The notes beneath the pieces are model-generated. The model was not told where the DNA came from, did no database searches, and saw nothing but the letters and a program-made list of their open reading frames with translations. From positions 1 through 63,672 of the forward strand of contig JAPKAM010000005.1 of the NCBI GenBank assembly GCA_028825265.1: a DNA stretch of 63,672 nt, written 5' to 3'. Both the position numbers and the translations under genes were made by a program. This document shows, piece by piece, positions 57,539 through 63,672 of the stretch. Source of the DNA: Planctomycetota bacterium. GTDB lineage: Bacteria; Planctomycetota; UBA8108; UBA1146. The first letter of the stretch is position 1; each line of letters opens with the position of its first letter.

Positions 57539-59155
57539 TTGTCGAATGACTCGCTCGAACTCGAACTTCGCGAAGGGCTTCAGGGCCTCGATGAAGTGCA
57601 GTTATCTCGACGATGTGAGTTCCTCACTGCATCGTTATTGGGAGTTTTCCTGGAGCAGTTCAATGCTCGCTGTGCCAGTGCCTTCCTAGTCACCTCCGAG
57701 GGCCAAGATGGAGAGTTCAAATGCGAGGAGATCGCCACCCGTGCGGTGGGTGGGCAAAGGCATCCCGAAGCGATCAACCTGAAGATGGTTCAGCAACTGT
57801 CAGCGCTGGATGGACCTCAGTGCACGGCAGGAAATCGCCCGTCTCACCAGGCCCATCATGGCCCCATCCTGTCGGTTGTACTTTCGTCCAGTCGCCAGGA
57901 GTTGGTGTTGTTTCTGGTCGAGGCGGATGCCAGCAGCGGCTTTGATCAAGACTCTGCCGACTTGCTGGCCACGATGGTGGAACTGGTTGAAAGTGAGATC
58001 ATCGATTCGCTGCTGATCAGCCAGCAGGCCCAGAGAATCGAGAATCTAGAGAATCATATCGAGCGAGCCGAGGAAACTCTGGCCGATCATGACATCGAGC
58101 TGCCGATTCTCGATGAGGTTCAACCCGCCATCCCAGACGAGACCACAGCGACTCTCCATTCGCTCGGTGGAGTTTCCAGTTACGACTTGGTGATGTGCGA
58201 GCTCCTCTCTCACCTGGACCGATTGCGCGAATCGGACCTGAGCGTGTTGATCTCAGGGGAAACCGGTACTGGCAAGAGCCTGCTCGCTAGAGCCCTTCAT
58301 GAGGGGACCTGCCGGCAGCATCATCGATTCGAGGTGGTTTCCTGCGGGGCGCTGACACCGAGCCTGGTCGAGGGTGAACTATTCGGCTGGCGTAAGGGTG
58401 CTTTCAGTGGAGCCGATGAAGACCAAAGTGGTGTTTTCGAACGAGCCAGTGGTGGTGTTGTGTTTCTCGAAGAGGTCGGGGATCTACCCCTCGAGTTTCA
58501 GCAGAAACTGCTGCGAGTGCTGCAAGAGGGACTCCTTCGCCCGGTCGGGGGCTCGGAACTGATCCCTGTCGATGTAAGGATCGTGGCCTCGACATGCCAG
58601 GATCTCCCCGAGATGGTGCGGGCAGGGAAATTCCGTGAAGACCTCTACTACCGGTTGGCCGGATTTACCCTCGAGGTGCCTCCGCTGAGGGAGCGCATCG
58701 TGGATATCCCGCACCTGATCGAGCAGTTCTTTTCCGATGCCCTGGAGCAGGACAGTCCGACACGAAAGTTTTCACGCAGTGCGATGACGGAACTGGTCGC
58801 CTACCCGTGGCCTGGAAATCTGCAGCAACTGCGAAATGTCGTGAATCAGTCGGTTCTCGCCAGCAAACAGCGGATCATTCCCCGCAAGATGGTCGAGAGC
58901 TACCTCGAGAAGCCTTCGGGGGAACGACTTCATGGTGAGAAAGTCCAGTCGACGGTCGAGGAATTGGTCCTGAGAATCCCAGCAACCGAGGGATTCAACG
59001 ACATCGTTGCAGAGGTGGAGCGACTGGTGATTCTCACGGCATTGCGCAGAAACCGCGGCAACAAGTCGAGGGTCACGAAGCAGTTGAAGATTCCGCGCCA
59101 GACCCTCTACAACAAACTGGATCGCTATGGGATCGACGAGTCCGAGTACAAGTAG
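57539..59155 (+). CDS. Sigma-54-dependent (NtrC/Fis family) enhancer-binding protein with GAF-like N-terminus
   Basis: GETGTGKS, ELFG..KGAFSGA, FREDLYYRL, PPLRER, WPGN, C-terminal Fis HTH; AGGAGG before TTG 57539. Confidence 0.9.
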   Translation: MSNDSLELELREGLQGLDEVQLSRRCEFLTASLLGVFLEQFNARCASAFLVTSEGQDGEFKCEEIATRAVGGQRHPEAINLKMVQQLSALDGPQCTAGNRPSHQAHHGPILSVVLSSSRQELVLFLVEADASSGFDQDSADLLATMVELVESEIIDSLLISQQAQRIENLENHIERAEETLADHDIELPILDEVQPAIPDETTATLHSLGGVSSYDLVMCELLSHLDRLRESDLSVLISGETGTGKSLLARALHEGTCRQHHRFEVVSCGALTPSLVEGELFGWRKGAFSGADEDQSGVFERASGGVVFLEEVGDLPLEFQQKLLRVLQEGLLRPVGGSELIPVDVRIVASTCQDLPEMVRAGKFREDLYYRLAGFTLEVPPLRERIVDIPHLIEQFFSDALEQDSPTRKFSRSAMTELVAYPWPGNLQQLRNVVNQSVLASKQRIIPRKMVESYLEKPSGERLHGEKVQSTVEELVLRIPATEGFNDIVAEVERLVILTALRRNRGNKSRVTKQLKIPRQTLYNKLDRYGIDESEYK

Positions 59156-59173
59156 CCGAGCGACGCTCTCATC

Positions 59174-60574
59174 TCACAAGGTTCGCAGGATCAACTCCGC
59201 CACGGCGATGAAGATGATCGCAGCGGTTACATCGTTGAAACTGGTGATGAACGGACCTGCAACCAGAGCCGGGTCGAGGCCGATTTTTTCACAGAAGATC
59301 GGCAAGGCAGTGCCGCAGGCGTTGGCCAGGATGATCCCTGCTCCGATTCCAAGCGCCACCGCGAGGGGGAAGTGGAACCAATCAGTGGAACCCTCTGATC
59401 CCGTAGCGAGTGCCAGGACCAGACCGACCACGCCGCCAATCGCGAGCGCGATGAAGATCCCGACCACCACCTCCTGACGGAACAATCTCAGAGTCGTACG
59501 GCCCAACTCGATATCACCTACGGCCATTCCACGCACCACCATCGTCGCGGACTGGGTGCCGACTCCGCCGGCGATGCCCATCACTAGCGGGATGAAAGCA
59601 GCCAGCAACAGTCGCTGATCCGATCCAGAGGAGAGGATCTCTGCCAGGCTTCGTTCATCGGGGTGCATCCAGGCCAGGATGAATCCGCTGATCACCGGCA
59701 ACAGCAGCCAGGGGATTCGCAGCAGTGCCCTGCGGAGCACCTTCTGCTGGGCGGGATGCACCTTGGGAGCTCCCGCTAGGCGGTAGATGTCCTCATCCGC
59801 CTCATCACTGAGAATCTCGACGATGTCGTCAAAGGTCGCCACTCCCAGCAGGTGGTCGTGATGATCGACCACCGGGATCGCTTGCAGGTTGTAGCGTCGA
59901 GCCAGATGCGCCACCGCCTCCTGATCCTCGTCCACGGCGATGGAGATCACTTCTGTTTCCATCAACTCGGAGACTTGGGTGTTCGGATCTGAACCGAGCA
60001 GGTCGCGGATCGAAATGACTCCGATCAGGTGTCGCTGGTCGTCGATGGCATAAACATAGTTGAACACCTCGGCCTCGATGTGTTTTTGGATCAGCGAGAT
60101 GGCTTCTTCGGAAGTGAGTGGAGGATTCACTGCGATGTAGTCGAGGGTCATGATGCCACCCGCTGAATCGTCCGGGTGCTGCATCAGGCGCAGCAACTCG
60201 ACGGTGGTTGCAGGATCCAACCCGGATAACACCTCGCGGCACTGCGCCTGGGGCAATTCGTTGAGGAGGTCGGTGGCCTCGTCCGGCGGCATTTCTTCGA
60301 TGATCAACTTGAGGTCCGTGACATCGAGATGCTCGAGGACCTGTTCTCGTGAGGTGGGGTCCGTCTCGTCGATGACCTCGGCCTGGGTTTCTGTTTCGAT
60401 GTTGTCGAAGACTCTCAACTTCTGATCGGAATCGAGATCATCGAGAACGCGCGCGATGTCTTCGGGGCGGATGCTCTTTAGCGTCGCTCTCAATTGCCGA
60501 TCGGGTTCGGCGCTATCGAGAGCCGCTCGGATCGCATCTCCGAGGTTAGTAGGGTCTTGGGCTGAGTGAGGCAA
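59174..60574 (-). CDS. mgtE: Magnesium transporter MgtE
   Basis: SAGGIMT, CBS pair, GGVGTQS, DPALVAGPFITS.ND. Confidence 0.93.
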   Translation of the reverse strand: MPHSAQDPTNLGDAIRAALDSAEPDRQLRATLKSIRPEDIARVLDDLDSDQKLRVFDNIETETQAEVIDETDPTSREQVLEHLDVTDLKLIIEEMPPDEATDLLNELPQAQCREVLSGLDPATTVELLRLMQHPDDSAGGIMTLDYIAVNPPLTSEEAISLIQKHIEAEVFNYVYAIDDQRHLIGVISIRDLLGSDPNTQVSELMETEVISIAVDEDQEAVAHLARRYNLQAIPVVDHHDHLLGVATFDDIVEILSDEADEDIYRLAGAPKVHPAQQKVLRRALLRIPWLLLPVISGFILAWMHPDERSLAEILSSGSDQRLLLAAFIPLVMGIAGGVGTQSATMVVRGMAVGDIELGRTTLRLFRQEVVVGIFIALAIGGVVGLVLALATGSEGSTDWFHFPLAVALGIGAGIILANACGTALPIFCEKIGLDPALVAGPFITSFNDVTAAIIFIAVAELILRTL

Positions 60575-60911
60575 GTGCAGATCCCATTCCTCTCCATGAC
60601 CTGTGGCAACGGCTCCTCACCGTTGTCCCCGGTGGATCGTCGCCAACCCCCCCTGACAATTCAACAGATCCAACGCGGGTTACTCCTGCCACCGTGGCAG
60701 GAGTCTGCCGCCACTTCGGCGGGCGCCTGTCATTTTGGCAGCCAAAGTCCGCAGCGGACCGCAACTAGTTCCAGCAGAAGATTCATAAATGCCCATCAAT
60801 GTGCGACTTAGAAGAGCATTGCGAACTCGTCGCTGCGCGGCACGATCGTTGCGAAAAAGGAAGATGACCGGGAAAGTCCGGGATCGAAGACGGGACCACG
60901 AAGGGACTACG

Positions 60912-61367
60912 ATGCAGGCGGAGATCTTCATGCCGGGATCCACTTCCCGTGGGACTCGCTATCGGGTTCTACTCGCCGATGACGATGCGGGGGTTCGTGG
61001 CAGCCTGACCGCCTTGCTCGATAGTGCGGGGTTTGAAACCGAAAATGCAGGGGGCGGCGTCGAGGCGCTGGAATTGCTCTGTCGGGTTCAGTCACCGGCT
61101 TCCGACGAACGGGTTGAGTTCAGCCCTTTCGATTTCCTGGTGCTGGATGTGCATATGCCAGACCTGCCCGGAGTCGAACTGCTGAGAAGGATCCGGACCG
61201 AGTTTCGCTGGCAGTTGCCGGCACTGTTCGTCAGCGGCGAAGCGAGTGCCGCACTGAGAAAAGATGTAGAAGACGCAGGTGGTTTCGCATTGTTGCCGAA
61301 ACCGGTCGAGCCAGATCTATTCCGGAGCAGTGTCCGGGAACTGGTTCAAACCTTGCTGAAGAACTGA
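60912..61367 (+). CDS. Single-domain response regulator
   Basis: VLLADDD, LVLDVHMP, L.KPV receiver motifs; start uncertain. Confidence 0.88.
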   Translation: MQAEIFMPGSTSRGTRYRVLLADDDAGVRGSLTALLDSAGFETENAGGGVEALELLCRVQSPASDERVEFSPFDFLVLDVHMPDLPGVELLRRIRTEFRWQLPALFVSGEASAALRKDVEDAGGFALLPKPVEPDLFRSSVRELVQTLLKN

Positions 61368-61456
61368 CAACAGATCTTTGACTGGATTCCGCTGAGGAAT
61401 CCGCAGAGGTCTTCATGAGAATGCCCGCATGGGCACGGGAAAGAGAGGCGACTCCG

Positions 61457-61753
61457 ATGGCGAAACTGAATCTTCGTCCGCTGAACGACAAAATCGTCGT
61501 CAAGCGACTCGAAGCTGAGGACAAGACCAAGGGTGGGATTTTCCTACCTGACAATGCGAAGGAAAAGCCGAGTGAGGGGCGCGTGATGGCCCTCGGAGAC
61601 GGCAAACTCCTTAAGGATGGCAAACGTGCCGATTTCCAGGTCACCAAGAACGATCGTGTGATCTTCAGCTCCTACGCCGGAACCCAGATTAAGGTTGAAG
61701 GCGAAGAGTACTTGATCATGAGTGAGGACGACGTCCTCGCGATCGTTGGCTAG
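61457..61753 (+). CDS. groES: Co-chaperonin GroES
   Basis: [32 protein letters not shown]. Confidence 0.97.
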   Translation: MAKLNLRPLNDKIVVKRLEAEDKTKGGIFLPDNAKEKPSEGRVMALGDGKLLKDGKRADFQVTKNDRVIFSSYAGTQIKVEGEEYLIMSEDDVLAIVG

Positions 61754-61824
61754 TTCATCGAGATCAACCCAGTCATCCGCCGGGAAATCCCTGGAGGATG
61801 CCGATAATGAGAGGAAGCGACACG

Positions 61825-63486
<1,662 letters not shown>

Positions 63487-63513
63487 CCTAGCGAACAGTT
63501 ACATTGCAGATGG

Positions 63514-63550
63514 GGCCCCGTTCCGCACACCGCGGTACGGGGCCTTTCTC
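63514..63550 (+). terminator. Rho-independent terminator after groEL
   Basis: GGCCCCGT-CCGC...GCGG-ACGGGGCC hairpin followed by TTTCTC. Confidence 0.75.
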
Positions 63551-63604
63551 ATCCGGCTAGATGTTGAAGCGGGAAGTTGTGGTTTGAGGAAAGAGAAGAG
63601 AGAT

Positions 63605-63672
63605 CGAGACGGTAGAACGAGACGGTAGAACGAGACGGTAGAACGAGACGGTAGAACGAGACGGTAGAACGA
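63605..63672. repeat. Perfect 13-bp tandem repeat (CGAGACGGTAGAA), 5 copies plus a partial copy, running off the window end
   Basis: Read directly from the sequence. Confidence 0.95.

Noticed and set aside
61368-61456. CIRCE element upstream of groES
   Set aside because: No TTAGCACTC-N9-GAGTGCTAA; only a short GGATTCC/GGAATCC hairpin
63605-63672. CRISPR array
   Set aside because: The units are contiguous 13-mers with no spacers, and no cas genes are present

Overview
A gene-dense 63.7 kb bacterial chromosomal window that is most likely Planctomycetota, judged from the DUF1552/DUF1592 pair, dockerin-like C-terminal domains, a Tat-exported Hyi-like protein, a sulfatase and an octaheme/TPR protein. 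It holds housekeeping genes (glnS, nth, apt, mgtE, groES-groEL, RluA, RlmI-like, YgiQ), glycan and peptide hydrolases, an RND efflux operon and a metal-type ABC cluster. I saw no mobile elements, rRNA, tRNA or CRISPR. The main hidden signal is two exported thioredoxin-fold genes that the ORF track cuts at an in-frame TGA. In both, the TGA sits at the expected redox Cys position and is followed by a bacterial SECIS-like hairpin. One is a PrxL/AhpC-TSA-like redoxin (PYG-U-TVKY, 2050-2625) beside a stand-alone DsbD/ScsB-alpha domain. The other is a Selenoprotein-N-like protein (GKIDGGL-U-SAGHSLR, 42178-43161) translationally coupled between an FHA-domain membrane protein and an AlkB dioxygenase. 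Together they suggest an unannotated periplasmic selenium-based redox system. All family calls come from motif recognition by eye; no searches were run.
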